Positions 20,322-31,802 of a stretch of DNA of 64,000 bases are shown here, piece by piece. The stretch comes from Gammaproteobacteria bacterium (GTDB lineage Bacteria > Pseudomonadota > Gammaproteobacteria > Ga0077536): NCBI GenBank assembly GCA_963662545.2, contig CAXXLL010000002.1, positions 864,001 through 928,000 of the forward strand. Direction: 5' to 3'. Each line of letters starts with the position of its first letter. The stretch's first letter is position 1. A program made the translations under genes and the position numbers. The notes beneath the pieces are model-generated. The model was not told where the DNA came from. It worked only from the letters and a program-made list of their open reading frames with translations, and did not search any database.

Positions 20322-22760
20322 TTAAGTGACTTTCTCTGTTTCCAGCCCGCGCTCGCCGGCCTTGAGCGAAAGCTCGGAGATATCCACGCTCTCGCCAACG
20401 ATCAAATCCTCTCTCGCCAGGAATGCGGGCTTGATGAACCATACGAGCATCGGCAACACCACGAGTGACAGGACCATATTGATCAACATGATGGACACCA
20501 GCAGGAGACCCATGTCGGCCATGAATTTGAGGTCGGACAGAAAGTACCAGGGGAGAATGCCGATCAGCATGACCGAGGCGGTGAACATGATCGCCTTGCC
20601 CGTGGTGGTGAGCGCCGCGTTGATCGCTTTTTTGAGATCGTGATCCAACGCGGAATATTCTTCGCAGATTCGCGACAACAGGTAAATGCCGTAATCGATG
20701 CCGATCCCGACGCCCATTACTGCCACGATCACCGCATTGATGTCCATGCCGATCCCGAGCATGTGCATGGTTGCCCCGAGCAGGAGATTCGATAGATTCA
20801 CGGGAATCAGCAGGATGAAAGCGGCGACGAGCGAACGGTAGGCGTATGCCGAGATCAACATGACGGCGAAGTTCAGCAGTCCGAGGATGAACCAGTGGTA
20901 GCGTTCGACCACGTAATTCATCGCCTGTTGTAACGCGATGACGCCGGTGCCCAGACGCACGCGAAATTCAGGATGATCTTCTTGAACCGCCGCGACCGCC
21001 CGCTTTGCGCTCGCGAGTGCGGCGTCGATCGTTTCTTGCTTGTTGTCTTTGTACCAGAATGTAACCGTTGAATTCTGTAGACCAAAATCTATGACGTGGC
21101 CGAAATTGATCGGGCTCGAGCCGAACATCGCGGCAAAACCGGCGGCGTTGACGGCTTCCACAGTCCGGTCCAGAGGCGACCACTTGGGATTACCGCCCGA
21201 GAACAGGCGGTTTGTTTCGCGCATGTAGTCGGTGAACGACAGCGTGGCGCGTGGTGGCAGCTCCGCATCGGCTTCCATTCGCCGCTGCAATTCGCTGGCG
21301 ACGGCGACCACCTCCGGCGTGCGGCCGACCCGGTATTCAACATCTTCCTCCTTCGCCTCGAGCACGATTTCGAGCGTGTTCATGCCCGGGAAATGCGCGT
21401 TAATGGCACGTACGGCCGTGTTGAATTCGGATTCGTACCAGAGCAGGTTGCTGCCCTCGACGGGATTGCCGATCTTGATCTGCGTATTCATATAGAGCGC
21501 GAACACGCCGACGAATACGGTCACGATCGCAGTAAACTTGGCGGGTTTTCCAACAGTCAGGCCGGCGAGGCGATGTAAGACCCTTTCCTGCAGGAGATGG
21601 ATACCTGACTCCTTCTCCTCGCCACCCACGATCTCCGCAATATTCCCCGGCACCGGCAGGTAGGAGAGAATGATCGAGACCATGAAAACGCCCGTGGGAA
21701 TGATCCACAAGGCCCAGAAGCCACAGAATAGTGCGTGATTCACCATCGTCTGGATGGGCGCCACCGCGATGAAGACGATACCGCAGACGTCAGTGAGGAT
21801 GCCGAGGATCGACGGCGCCATCATGATTCCCATGGTGACTTCGGCTGCCTGGCGGCGATCCTTCAGCTGCATAAGGATCTCGTAGAAGCGTTCGGTGTAC
21901 TGTACGCAGTGAGAAAACGATCGCGCCACGAGTAGCAGCGGCACGATCATCAACAGGGGCTCGATCGGTCGGCCCAGCCAGCCGATGAAGCCGAAACTCC
22001 AGATGCCCGCGACCAATGCACACAGGACCGGCGTGACCACGCCCCCGAAATTGCGCATGTAAAACACCAAGGCCAGGATCAGCGCACCGACCGTCACCGC
22101 GAAAATCCTGTAGGTCTGTTTCTGCAGCTTGTAAACCCAGCCGGTCAGTACCGGCTGGCCCGCCAGGTAGACCTCATGCTCGTCGTCCCGTGCGTTTTCG
22201 ACCAATGATTGCGCATAAGCAAAGGCCTCACCGTATTTGATCGAGTCCTGAAACGCGGCGTTGATCAGAGTGGCCGATTCATCATGGGAAATGAAAAAGG
22301 CCCGCGCATTGAGCGAAATTTCTACGCGCCGCCGGAATTCCTGCATTTCCTCGTCGGCGACCGGTGCCTTGTTCCCCATCAGCGGCTGCGTATCGATGCC
22401 ATCAGGGGTGGCTTCGGCGTAACGCAGCTTCTCGGTCGATATAGAAATGACCTGATCGTGATCGACGCCGGGCGCGAGGTCGATGTCGCGGGTCAATTGC
22501 CAGACTTTGTACAGCGTTTCAGGATTGTATATGTCGCCGTTCTTTCGCTTGACCATGATGGACATGGTCAAGGGATTGCCGAAGTTGCGGTGGTCGAAAT
22601 AGACCTGCACGTAGGGGTCGTCTTTGGGGAGGAGATCGTTGAAGACCGTGCGGATTTGCACGTGCGGAAATCCGGTCAAGAATCCGAGAGTGACGGCGAT
22701 AAATCCGATCCCCACGCCCAGGCGGTTTTTCATGATCCAACGCGCAATATGAAATCTCAT
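20322..22760 (-). CDS. MMPL/RND family transporter (copy A)
   Basis: About 812 aa, two membrane repeats, GIGIDYGIYLLSR and TGKAIMFT. Start set at ATG 22760. Confidence 0.9.
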   Translation of the reverse strand: MRFHIARWIMKNRLGVGIGFIAVTLGFLTGFPHVQIRTVFNDLLPKDDPYVQVYFDHRNFGNPLTMSIMVKRKNGDIYNPETLYKVWQLTRDIDLAPGVDHDQVISISTEKLRYAEATPDGIDTQPLMGNKAPVADEEMQEFRRRVEISLNARAFFISHDESATLINAAFQDSIKYGEAFAYAQSLVENARDDEHEVYLAGQPVLTGWVYKLQKQTYRIFAVTVGALILALVFYMRNFGGVVTPVLCALVAGIWSFGFIGWLGRPIEPLLMIVPLLLVARSFSHCVQYTERFYEILMQLKDRRQAAEVTMGIMMAPSILGILTDVCGIVFIAVAPIQTMVNHALFCGFWALWIIPTGVFMVSIILSYLPVPGNIAEIVGGEEKESGIHLLQERVLHRLAGLTVGKPAKFTAIVTVFVGVFALYMNTQIKIGNPVEGSNLLWYESEFNTAVRAINAHFPGMNTLEIVLEAKEEDVEYRVGRTPEVVAVASELQRRMEADAELPPRATLSFTDYMRETNRLFSGGNPKWSPLDRTVEAVNAAGFAAMFGSSPINFGHVIDFGLQNSTVTFWYKDNKQETIDAALASAKRAVAAVQEDHPEFRVRLGTGVIALQQAMNYVVERYHWFILGLLNFAVMLISAYAYRSLVAAFILLIPVNLSNLLLGATMHMLGIGMDINAVIVAVMGVGIGIDYGIYLLSRICEEYSALDHDLKKAINAALTTTGKAIMFTASVMLIGILPWYFLSDLKFMADMGLLLVSIMLINMVLSLVVLPMLVWFIKPAFLAREDLIVGESVDISELSLKAGERGLETEKVT

Positions 22761-23103
22761 TGACTGACTTACGCCCCGACTGGTACCCAATTGCATTCAG
22801 CTCGATCGAATCTTCGAGCACGTATCTTCAGTGTGATTTCGCCTATCGAACGACGCATGCGACGAAGCGCCCGATTCGATATCTCGTGGCGGAGCGAGTC
22901 TGCTGCGAGACGTTCTAGCCTGGACACAATGACGACGCCAGAAGGTGTTCCGCTGCAGGTTTCCTCAGCGCTCTGGGACAACCGGCCTAGATGCGGAACC
23001 GCAGCACCCCGAAAGAAATCGGCGCGAAGTTTAGCAATTAAATGGCGCCGTAGCGCTACCGGCCTCAATAAACTTCAGTAAAACCGGAAACGGACCGACT
23101 TGT

Positions 23104-24645
23104 CTATTCGAGCCCGAGTTTTCCGGCCAGGCCGATTCGCTGGAGTTTCCCCGTTGATCCCTTCGGAATCTCGTCGACGAAGCAGACGGTCCGCGGCACC
23201 TTGAACGAAGCCAGACGTTCGCTCGCGAAATACCGCAGCTCCTTTTCCGTCAAGGTCGCGCCGTCGTGGAGAATGACCGCCGCGGCCACGTCTTCACCGA
23301 GCTTTGGATGCCGGACCGCGAAAGTCACGATCTGCTTAATGGCCTCGTGTTCCATCAGAACGTCGTCGACTTCTCGGGGCGAGATCTTTTCGCCACCGCG
23401 ATTGATGATCTCCTTGATGCGCCCGTCGATACGGAGGTAGTGGTCGTCGTCGAATACACCGAGGTCGCCGGTGCGAAACCACTTCGCGCCGCCGTCGGGG
23501 TCGGATTGGAATCCCGCTGCGTTGGCGCCTGGATTTTTCTCGTAGCCGGCGGTGACGTTCGGCCCGCGAATGACGATCTCGCCCTGCGCGCCGCTGGCGA
23601 CGAATTGCCCGTCCTCGCCCATTAAACGTACTTCGGGACCGGCGGGTAGTCCGACCTTACCCGCTTTCCTCGGCGCCGGCGGCAAGGGATTGGAAGTCAT
23701 CTGATGGCAGGCTTCCGTCATGCCGTAGGATTCGATTACCGGGCAGGAGAAAGTCTGACCGAGGCTCTCCATGACCGGCGCGGGCAGTGAAGCCGAAGAC
23801 GAACGGATGAATCGCAGCCCGCAGGTTTGGGTGATTTCCGGGTTGCGCGCAGCCCGGTCGAGGATGAGCTGGTGCATGGTCGGAACCGCTGTGTACCAGT
23901 TGGGACGGACCTGGTCGAGCCAAGCGAAGAAGCGCACCGCGTTGAAGCCCGGGCTGCACACTACCTCACCGCCGCTCCGCACCGTGGCCAGCACCGCCGC
24001 GATCAAGCCGTGAATATGGAACAAGGGCATGATATTTAGACAGCGGTCCTGCGGCGTCAGGCCGAGTGTCTCGGTGATGTGGCGAGCTGAGGCGCAAAGG
24101 TTCGACTGCGATAGGGGGACGATCTTCGGTCGTGAGGTCGTTCCCGAGGTATGCAGTACGAGGGCAATATCGTCGGCACCAGCCGGGGTCGGGTTCGGTC
24201 GCCTTTCCGCCGCGGTGAATTCGAACCTAAATTGTCCCGCGGCTACCCCCGTGTCTTCGATCAACTCGATGATGCGAATGCCGAGCCGGGAGGCCACGTC
24301 CCGTGCCGGTGTCTCCTCGCCCTGTAGGACGATTATTGCACCGGGTTCCAGATCGGACAGATAGAACTCAAATTCGGTCTCGCGGTATCCAGGATTCAGC
24401 GGTGCGGCCCCGGCCGAACCCGCGACGCCCATGAAGCATGATGCCATCGCGGGGCCGTTCGGCAGAACGATGGCAACGCGATCCGTGGCGCCGATCCCGC
24501 AACGAGCGAGATCTTCGCGCACCGAAATTTGCAACTCCCGTAACGCGGCGTAGGCCATCGATTCGCGGCCGGGTGCGCCGATGGCCGCTGCGGACGGCAC
24601 GCATGGCGCTTCCGGCAACATCAAGGTCTGATGGCTTTCGCTCAT
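23104..24645 (-). CDS. acyl-CoA synthetase, oxalate--CoA ligase-like
   Basis: HTSGTTSRPKIVPL, PLFHIHG, YTAVPTMHQ, FIRSSSASL, YGMTE and INRGGEKISP. Confidence 0.85.
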   Translation of the reverse strand: MSESHQTLMLPEAPCVPSAAAIGAPGRESMAYAALRELQISVREDLARCGIGATDRVAIVLPNGPAMASCFMGVAGSAGAAPLNPGYRETEFEFYLSDLEPGAIIVLQGEETPARDVASRLGIRIIELIEDTGVAAGQFRFEFTAAERRPNPTPAGADDIALVLHTSGTTSRPKIVPLSQSNLCASARHITETLGLTPQDRCLNIMPLFHIHGLIAAVLATVRSGGEVVCSPGFNAVRFFAWLDQVRPNWYTAVPTMHQLILDRAARNPEITQTCGLRFIRSSSASLPAPVMESLGQTFSCPVIESYGMTEACHQMTSNPLPPAPRKAGKVGLPAGPEVRLMGEDGQFVASGAQGEIVIRGPNVTAGYEKNPGANAAGFQSDPDGGAKWFRTGDLGVFDDDHYLRIDGRIKEIINRGGEKISPREVDDVLMEHEAIKQIVTFAVRHPKLGEDVAAAVILHDGATLTEKELRYFASERLASFKVPRTVCFVDEIPKGSTGKLQRIGLAGKLGLE

Positions 24646-24685
24646 GCCGGTTCACCTTCACCGCGGCACAGGTGCCACACGCGGT

Positions 24686-25471
24686 TCAGCGGGGCGCCAT
24701 ACGGATCGCGCCGTCCAGGCGCACGCTTTCGCCGTTGAAGTAGCCGTTCTCGATCATCGTCAGCGCCAGGTGGGCATATTCGGGCGGCACCCCGAGCCGT
24801 TTCGGAAAGGGTACGGACGCAGCGAGGGCCTGCTTGACCTTTTCAGGTGCGGCTTGAAGCAGAGGCGTATCGAAGATTCCGGGCAGTATGGTATTCACGC
24901 GGATACCCTCGCTCATGAGGTCACGCGCGATCGGCAAGGTCATGCCGACCACACCCGCCTTCGACGCCGAATACGAGGCTTGCCCCATCTGCCCGTCCTG
25001 GGCGGCAACGCTCGCGGTATTGATGATCACGCCGCGCTCGCCATATTCATCCACCGGATCGAGCGTCATCATGCCGGCGGCCGACTTGGCGGTGCAGCGA
25101 AACGTGCCGATGAGATTGATCTGGATGATCAATTCGAACGCGGCCAGCGGGAAATGCCTGATCGCGCCGGTCTTCTTGTCGCGCCCGGCGGTCTTAACCG
25201 CATTACCGGTGCCGGCGCAATTGATCAGGATCCTTTCCTGGCCGACCGCCGCCCGCGCTTTTTGAAAGCCGGCGTCGACGTCGGCTTCGCTGGTGACGTC
25301 GACCTTACAGAAGACGCCGCCGAGGTCCGTGGCAACGGCCTCGCCGTTCTCTTCGTTGAGATCGAAGATCGCGATCTTCACGCCCTTGGCCGCGAGCGCC
25401 CGCGCCGTCGCTTCGCCGAGCCCCGATGAGCCACCCGTGACGACGGCCGTTACCGATGAACCGAGTTCCAT
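24686..25471 (-). CDS. SDR, type-II 3-hydroxyacyl-CoA dehydrogenase (HSD10-like)
   Basis: TGGSSGLG, NCAG, ERGVIINTAS, YSASK, MTLPIARDL and RLDGAIRM. Confidence 0.92.
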   Translation of the reverse strand: MELGSSVTAVVTGGSSGLGEATARALAAKGVKIAIFDLNEENGEAVATDLGGVFCKVDVTSEADVDAGFQKARAAVGQERILINCAGTGNAVKTAGRDKKTGAIRHFPLAAFELIIQINLIGTFRCTAKSAAGMMTLDPVDEYGERGVIINTASVAAQDGQMGQASYSASKAGVVGMTLPIARDLMSEGIRVNTILPGIFDTPLLQAAPEKVKQALAASVPFPKRLGVPPEYAHLALTMIENGYFNGESVRLDGAIRMAPR

Positions 25472-25798
25472 AATCGTTTTCCCCTGTTGAGTATTGAATC
25501 CAATGTCGATGAGCGTGCCGGGGTGGACCCGTGTGCGGCCGAATTACCGGAGTGGGAAGCTTGCGGCCCGCGACTTTGCCCGTCGTCTTATTCTCAAATG
25601 GGCGCCTGTTTTCGCCCGCGTGTGGGAGCCATTCTAGCGTCAGGTTCCGAAGCGCGAAAATCGCTCCGCGACCGCGGGCGCGCTTTAGGCGGCTTTGAGG
25701 AAACGCGGCCCCGATCAGCGGCGCCGCTGAACCGGGCCGTCAATATTTCTTGGACATTTTTCCGTACTCAAGATGGAATTCGAAACCGCAGCCGGTGC

Positions 25799-28165
25799 TC
25801 ATTTCCCGATGAGGGTCAGGCTGAAATGGGTCGCCCCGGGCAAAAAGGGCAGCCGATCGCCTCCAACCCAAGCGTCGTGCCCGGCCCGGTAGAAGGGCGA
25901 CAGCGGATGACCGCTCTGTCCGCCGGGCATGTGAAAATAGCCATTCGCCTCGTCCCCCGGCGATACCGCGAAGCGTTCCGAGGCCCCGTGCGCGCCCCGT
26001 TGCACCCGGGGTGTGTAAACGCCGCCGGGCAACGGTCCGTCGTGGATGTCGAGTAAACCCGCGAGTAACGGCAACGCTTGCGAAAGCGGGTGGGTGATCG
26101 TAACGACGTTGGCCTCGCCCCAGGTGCAAAGCGCGAGACGCTCGTGCCCGCAGGCCGCGATCGCCGCATCGGCTTTCGCCAGGAGAAATTCCGTCCACGA
26201 GCCGTAATCGTCCGGTAGAAAATGCGCGGGCCGTTCCGCCACCAGTCGCCACAGCGGCCCTTCAGACTGGTTGAGCCTCCTGTGGGTGGTGGTTTTTTCG
26301 AAATCGCCGCACGCCCGGAAAATGTGCGCGAAGAGTTCGTCCCGCACTTCAATGCGAAACGCCCTCACCAGACCATAGCCCACCGATTCGACGCTCGCCC
26401 GCCCGTCCCAGCGTTCGAGCTCCCCACGCAGGTCCTCCCGCAGCGGGTTCCCGGTGGCCAGGTCGCTGCTCAGCAATTCAAGCAATAGTTCGCGCCAGCG
26501 CTGGTGCAACAGGGCGCGGTCGTCCAATTGTATGTCGAGCATGTCGTCGATCGTCGCCCCGTCGAGCGCCAACAGTCCGTCCCGTATCTGGCGAGCGCGG
26601 GCGCCCAGCGTGTAACCGCCCGTGCCGAGGCGCTCGAGCGGCAGGCCGTCGACGACGCGCGCGTTCGCCGTCCAGACGAACCCTGAATCCGGGTTGACGA
26701 CGGCGGGATAATGTTCCGGCGCCAGCCATCCCCGCCACCCCGTCGATGGGTCTGACCATGCGGCCGGCAACCTCGGGTCGTATCCTGCGCGCACGGGAAT
26801 CCGGCCGACGATCGTCCATGCGATGTTGCCCTCAGCATCGGCTACCATCAGATTCTGTGGGGGTATCCCGATCACGGGTGCCGAGCGGACGGCGGTTCTC
26901 ACATCCTCGAACCGTTCGAACGCGAGCAGGCCAAGATTGGCCGCGTCGGGTTCACCGGCAAGCCAATGGAGCACGCGCTGGCGGCCGCGATGATCCGTGT
27001 CCACTACAGGCCCCCAAATCGTCGACCGGATCTCGAATGATATCGGGTCCGCACCACGCACCTCGATTACTTCGCCATGGTACTCGAAGCTTCGATACCC
27101 GTTCGGCGTGCGATAAGCATCGGGATTGCCGGGCTCGAGATCCAGCAGCACCAGGTCGGTCAGGTCGGCCCGGCTATTCGTAAATCCCCACGCGATCGCG
27201 CCATTGCTTCCGGCCACGACTACGGGTGCGCCTGGCAGGCTGACGCCGGTGATATCGACATTCCCATCGGGCGAGGCCTCGTTTTCGACGATCAGGCGCA
27301 CGCGATACCAGGTGTTCGGAACGCGCAGGTTCAAGTGCATGTCGTTGGCGATAATGGCGCGGCCGGTGGCACTTTTAGTCCCCGCGACCGCCCAACCATT
27401 ACTGCCGCCGAGGGTCTGCTCGTCGAAGACCGGCATGCGTGCAAGCGGCGATGCGCGGGTTAGGGACTTGCGCAAGTCGCACACCTCAGGGCCCGGCACG
27501 GGCGGTACGGGGTAGGGGTCTCCGATCAACGGTGCGTCCCATTCCGTGCCCTGCGTATCCAGGAATTCGAGCAACGGCGCCGGCAAGGCGTCGTGGAGGA
27601 GGGCGTAATTCGAATCCCGACTCGCGCTGTGGTCGTTGAGTTGAAAAAACATGGCATAGAGCACGAGTATCGTGTCCTCGGGTTGCCAAACTTGCGGCCG
27701 GGTGCGGAGGACCAAATACTCGAAGGGCCGCACCGACAGTGCATCAAGGCCGGCATTCACGCCCTGAGCGTACGCTTCCAACAATGCCGATTCACCGGCC
27801 GAGGCATTGGTAATTACCCTATGCGCAACGGCGCGCAAACGATGCAAACGGCGCGTTTTGTCCACGGGGACGGCACGTACGCCAAAAAGCTCTGCCAATT
27901 CTCCTGCGGCACTGCGTCTCAACAGGTCCATTTGAAAAAAGCGCTCTTGTGCGTGCAGGAAACCCGTCGCCCGGGCGACGTCGATGCGGTTACCTCCCCG
28001 AATCGTCGCGACGCCGAGGGTGTCGCGTTCTATCAGCACCGGTGCCTCGAGGCCCTCGACGAGGACTGTTCCGTCGAGCTTCGGGAGGCTTCCCTGCAAC
28101 GACAGGTACGCCAGACAGCTCAAGCCAAGCAGGCAGAGCGACGCGGATAGCGCAAATTTTTTCAC
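25799..28165 (-). CDS. penicillin acylase family Ntn hydrolase
   Basis: N-terminal membrane anchor, HAQERFFQMD, beta-subunit start G|SNGWAV, ANDMHL and MPGGQSGHPLSP. Confidence 0.92.
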   Translation of the reverse strand: MKKFALSASLCLLGLSCLAYLSLQGSLPKLDGTVLVEGLEAPVLIERDTLGVATIRGGNRIDVARATGFLHAQERFFQMDLLRRSAAGELAELFGVRAVPVDKTRRLHRLRAVAHRVITNASAGESALLEAYAQGVNAGLDALSVRPFEYLVLRTRPQVWQPEDTILVLYAMFFQLNDHSASRDSNYALLHDALPAPLLEFLDTQGTEWDAPLIGDPYPVPPVPGPEVCDLRKSLTRASPLARMPVFDEQTLGGSNGWAVAGTKSATGRAIIANDMHLNLRVPNTWYRVRLIVENEASPDGNVDITGVSLPGAPVVVAGSNGAIAWGFTNSRADLTDLVLLDLEPGNPDAYRTPNGYRSFEYHGEVIEVRGADPISFEIRSTIWGPVVDTDHRGRQRVLHWLAGEPDAANLGLLAFERFEDVRTAVRSAPVIGIPPQNLMVADAEGNIAWTIVGRIPVRAGYDPRLPAAWSDPSTGWRGWLAPEHYPAVVNPDSGFVWTANARVVDGLPLERLGTGGYTLGARARQIRDGLLALDGATIDDMLDIQLDDRALLHQRWRELLLELLSSDLATGNPLREDLRGELERWDGRASVESVGYGLVRAFRIEVRDELFAHIFRACGDFEKTTTHRRLNQSEGPLWRLVAERPAHFLPDDYGSWTEFLLAKADAAIAACGHERLALCTWGEANVVTITHPLSQALPLLAGLLDIHDGPLPGGVYTPRVQRGAHGASERFAVSPGDEANGYFHMPGGQSGHPLSPFYRAGHDAWVGGDRLPFLPGATHFSLTLIGK

Positions 28166-28332
28166 GGTTTCAAGCGCTGATTAATGCTCGTCCAGAAACG
28201 GCCATTTTCAGTACAGAGACACGAAGAGAATACTTCAAAGCATAAATCGAATTACTCACGTCAGAAAACGGAGATAGGTGCGCTGGGAGTGATACGCTTA
28301 TCTCATAACTTCGATGAAATGGGGACAGAAGG

Positions 28333-29778
28333 ATGAAACTCGAAGAATACAGTGCCTATGACGGTCTCGGTTTGGCTGAATTGATCCGCAACGGCGAGGT
28401 CTCGGCAAGCGAAGTCGCGCAGGCGGCGATCGACGCTATTGAAAAAATGAATCCGGAACTCAATGCGGTCATCGAAAGCTATCCCGATCGCACCGCGACG
28501 CTCGATGCCGGCAAACTGCCGGGCGGTGCGTTAAAGGGCTCGCCGTTCCTGATCAAGGACCTGGTCATCCACGAAGCAGGCCAGACTTACGAGATGGGCA
28601 GCCGTCTGGCAAAGGGTTTCGTCGCACCTAACGATACTGAACTCATGATCCGCTACCGCAATGCGGGACTGATCAACCTGGGCCGTACTTCGACGCCTGA
28701 ATTCGGTTATTGCGCGACCGTCGAATGCGTACTCAATGGTCCGACTCGCAATCCTTGGAACACCGAACTGAGCCCGGGGGGATCCAGCGGCGGTTCTGCC
28801 GCAGCGGTTGCGGCGCGCATGGTCCCCATCGCCCACGCCAATGACGGCGGCGGTTCGATCCGGATCCCGGCCGCGTGCTGCGGCCTGGTCGGCATGAAAC
28901 CGACGCGCGGGCGCAATTCGCTGGGTCCCGATCTCGGCGAAGCGGTGGGCGGATTCGCGGTCGAACACGTCCTGACCCGAACGGTACGCGACAGCGCAGC
29001 GGTACTCGACGCGACGCAGGGCGACGGTGGAGGCGATCCGTTCGTCATAACGCCGCCGGCCCGGCCCTACCTCGAAGAAGTCACCACCGAACCCGGCAAG
29101 CTCAAGATCGCGTTCACGACGACGCCCTGGTCGGGCGACAAGATCGATGCGGAAACCGTCTCCGCGGTCAACGAAACGGCGAAGCTGCTCGAAGAACTGG
29201 GGCACGAGGTGAGCGAGGACATGCCGCATTACGACTATCGCCCGCATCTCGAAGCCGCCGCCGTCCTCTGGTCGACCGGCACGGCGGCGTGGGTCGACGC
29301 GGTGGCCAGCGCAACCGGCCGCAAGCCCGGTCCGGATAATCTCGAAACATCGATCCTCGCGACCTATGAAGCGGGGAAACAGGTCTCTGCAGTTGGCTAT
29401 CTTGCCGCAGTCGCGAAAGTGCACGCTGTCAACCGGCAAATCGCACCATTTTTCACTCAATACGATGTGCTCATGACGCCGACCTGCGCGCAACCGGCCT
29501 GGCGGTTGGGCGAAATGAATGCGAACGCCCCGGGCCTGAGCTTGATGGATTGGACCGAACTCGTGTTCGGATTTTGTCCATTTACGCAGCTTTTCAATGC
29601 CACCGGACAACCCGGCGTGTCACTGCCCCTGGCGATGAGCAGTGGCGGTCTCCCGATCGGTGTTCAGTTCGTTGGCCAGTGGGGCGGTGAGGCCGCGCTT
29701 TACCGCCTCGCCGGCCAACTTGAAAAAGCTCGGCCGTGGATCGATCGCAAACCGCCCGTTTGCGCGCAGCCAGGCTAG
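28333..29778 (+). CDS. amidase (amidase-signature family)
   Basis: [18 protein letters not shown] and [10 protein letters not shown] (Lys-cisSer-Ser triad). Confidence 0.93.
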   Translation: MKLEEYSAYDGLGLAELIRNGEVSASEVAQAAIDAIEKMNPELNAVIESYPDRTATLDAGKLPGGALKGSPFLIKDLVIHEAGQTYEMGSRLAKGFVAPNDTELMIRYRNAGLINLGRTSTPEFGYCATVECVLNGPTRNPWNTELSPGGSSGGSAAAVAARMVPIAHANDGGGSIRIPAACCGLVGMKPTRGRNSLGPDLGEAVGGFAVEHVLTRTVRDSAAVLDATQGDGGGDPFVITPPARPYLEEVTTEPGKLKIAFTTTPWSGDKIDAETVSAVNETAKLLEELGHEVSEDMPHYDYRPHLEAAAVLWSTGTAAWVDAVASATGRKPGPDNLETSILATYEAGKQVSAVGYLAAVAKVHAVNRQIAPFFTQYDVLMTPTCAQPAWRLGEMNANAPGLSLMDWTELVFGFCPFTQLFNATGQPGVSLPLAMSSGGLPIGVQFVGQWGGEAALYRLAGQLEKARPWIDRKPPVCAQPG

Positions 29779-30017
29779 TCGTTCACTTGCAGGCGACCTG
29801 AAGATGCGGTGACCGGAAGGGACGTGATAAAGGGCCCCTCCGGGATGGGACGAGTGACGCCGAGTTTGCCCGCCGTCCGCAGCGCGGTTTAGCGCCGGGT
29901 CGACCGTGAAGTAAATGTGAAATCGTGACTTGTCGTTTGAATGGCGAGATTTTGAGAGCATAATCCTCGGTGAAAGGAGCATGAATATTTGGAGGACGCG
30001 AACAGCGTACGAACTAG

Positions 30018-31771
30018 CTAGTGTCCGTCCATAAACAGGCATTTTCTTCGATGGGCACGGAGAAATCGAGGTGTTGAAAGTAGGTTGTTGGAGCGGTAGC
30101 GGCGGTTCGGTGGGGGTCGAAGGGCTCTTCGAGCGTAATTGTGAGTACGTTCGCCGGCCGCAGAGCGCTGCAACCCAAAGTCGCCCGTTCGACGATATCG
30201 AGGAGGTCAGTTAGTGCGAGTGAACGTCGCTATTCGAGTTGATAGCGCGCGAGCAGGCTGAGGTTGTAGGCGACCACAGAAGACCACACGTAGGCTTCGA
30301 AGTGCGGCAGGCTCTTCCAGGTGCAACGTGCCAATCCGTATGCACGCTTCAGGCAGGAGATACCGGCCTCGATGCCGGCGCGGAAGTTGCGCAAGCGTCG
30401 ATAGACCCACTGACTCTTGACCATGTCGGCGATCGCGAGCCCGCGCTTCTTGTGGAAGGCAACGTCTTCGATGCCTTCTGCTTTCGCCGCCCGGAGATTG
30501 TCGAGGCTCGCATAGCCGCCATCGGCGGCGACCTGTCGTGGCATCGTCCCGTAGTGTGTTCGATGCCGTTCGAGCATCGGCATGAAGCGCTGACTATCGA
30601 CCGGATTGCCTCGCTCGATGACCACGTCGAGGATGAGGCCACTGCGCCCCGAAGCCAGATTGATTTTGTGTCCGTACTGAACGTCGCGCGCACCCTTTAT
30701 GATGATGTCGGTATGCGGCTCGAACAAGCTCACGCACTTCTCGCTCGCGGGGACCTTCTCACCGCCGAACACCCGCCGCTCAGTTTGCGAAATCACCTGC
30801 AGAACAAGTGTTTCGTAGTGCGCTACCTGCGCTAGCCAGTCCGGCAGTTCAACGCCGGTGACGCCCGGGCTCAGCAGCTGCTCACGTACCCTCGCTACCG
30901 CTTCCAAGGTTGAACGCGTCGCCCCAATCAAATCGCGATACAGACGTTGGCGTTGCTTCGCACCACGCGCATACCACAGCGCCCGCGCACGCTTCTTCGC
31001 CAATCGAGTGTGGTTCACGAAGCACAACTCCGGCGCGCCAGGCAACTCGCGCGCCTGTGCGAGCAGACGAACCACAACACGCACGCCATCCCACAGCAGA
31101 TGACTGTCGCTCGGCGCGTGGATGGCACTGTCCGTTACCGTGCTATCAATCCGTACACGCTGTGCCGGCTCAATGCGCGTCTCTTTCGCCGTCGCCAGCA
31201 GGGCGCGATGAATAGACTCCCACGTCGATACCTGGATCGCCGAGACCACCCGCTGTAAGGCAGACTTCTTCGGACGTTCATTACCCGGCAACCGGGCGAA
31301 GGCCTGAAAGCTCGCCGAGTCCTGCAGGTGAAAGGCCAGCTCCTCGTAACTCAATTGCCGGTGCTGCTTGAGCACCGCGCAGCGCAGCACCGACTCCGCC
31401 GACAGTCCGCGTCGACCGGTGGGCTTCAAACCCCGCCGACACAGATCGTTCATGACCGGCGTGAGGACCTTGGGGTGAGCATCGAGCCACTCGGACATGC
31501 CCTGCAGCTCTCGCCCCAGGTCGTGGTCAGCAAACAGCTCGTATATGCACGCTTCAGGCTACCGGGGCCGTGCGTTTCTGACGCATTCCCCCTCCTGTGG
31601 TGTCGATGATTGTGTGGAAAATCAGAGGTTTGAAGTTCCATTAGATCACGACCCACCGGAGGTTTCGATCCCTTAAGCGACAGAACAATTCGTAGTGCGC
31701 TACCTGCGCTACCAGTCCGGCAGTTCAACGCCGGTGATTTCAACCGCATCGCGTTTAGGGATGCACACTAG
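30018..31771 (-). mobile_element. IS element (DDE, ISNCY-like) with terminal inverted repeats at a CTAG site
   Basis: CTAGTGTCCGTCCATAAAC (30018-30036) matches the reverse complement of GTTTAGGGATGCACACTAG (31753-31771) at 16/19 nt. CTAG lies on both sides and the ends enclose the transposase. Confidence 0.8.
30230..31586 (-). CDS. DDE transposase, 5' frameshifted
   Basis: RIDSTVT, VAADGGY and RAGIEAGIS supply the DDE residues. The real start, MRQKRTA (ATG 31586 after AGGAGG), is out of frame with EACIYELFADHDLGRELQGMSEWLD; removing about 10 extra nt near 31557-31567 restores the frame. Confidence 0.85.
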
Positions 31772-31802
31772 CAAACTAAATTGTATGAGGAGACCTCAAA
31801 CC

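Noticed and set aside
22769-23081. Short ORFs between RND-A and the CoA ligase
   Set aside because: No motifs or RBS, with overlapping ORFs on both strands. Treated as intergenic.
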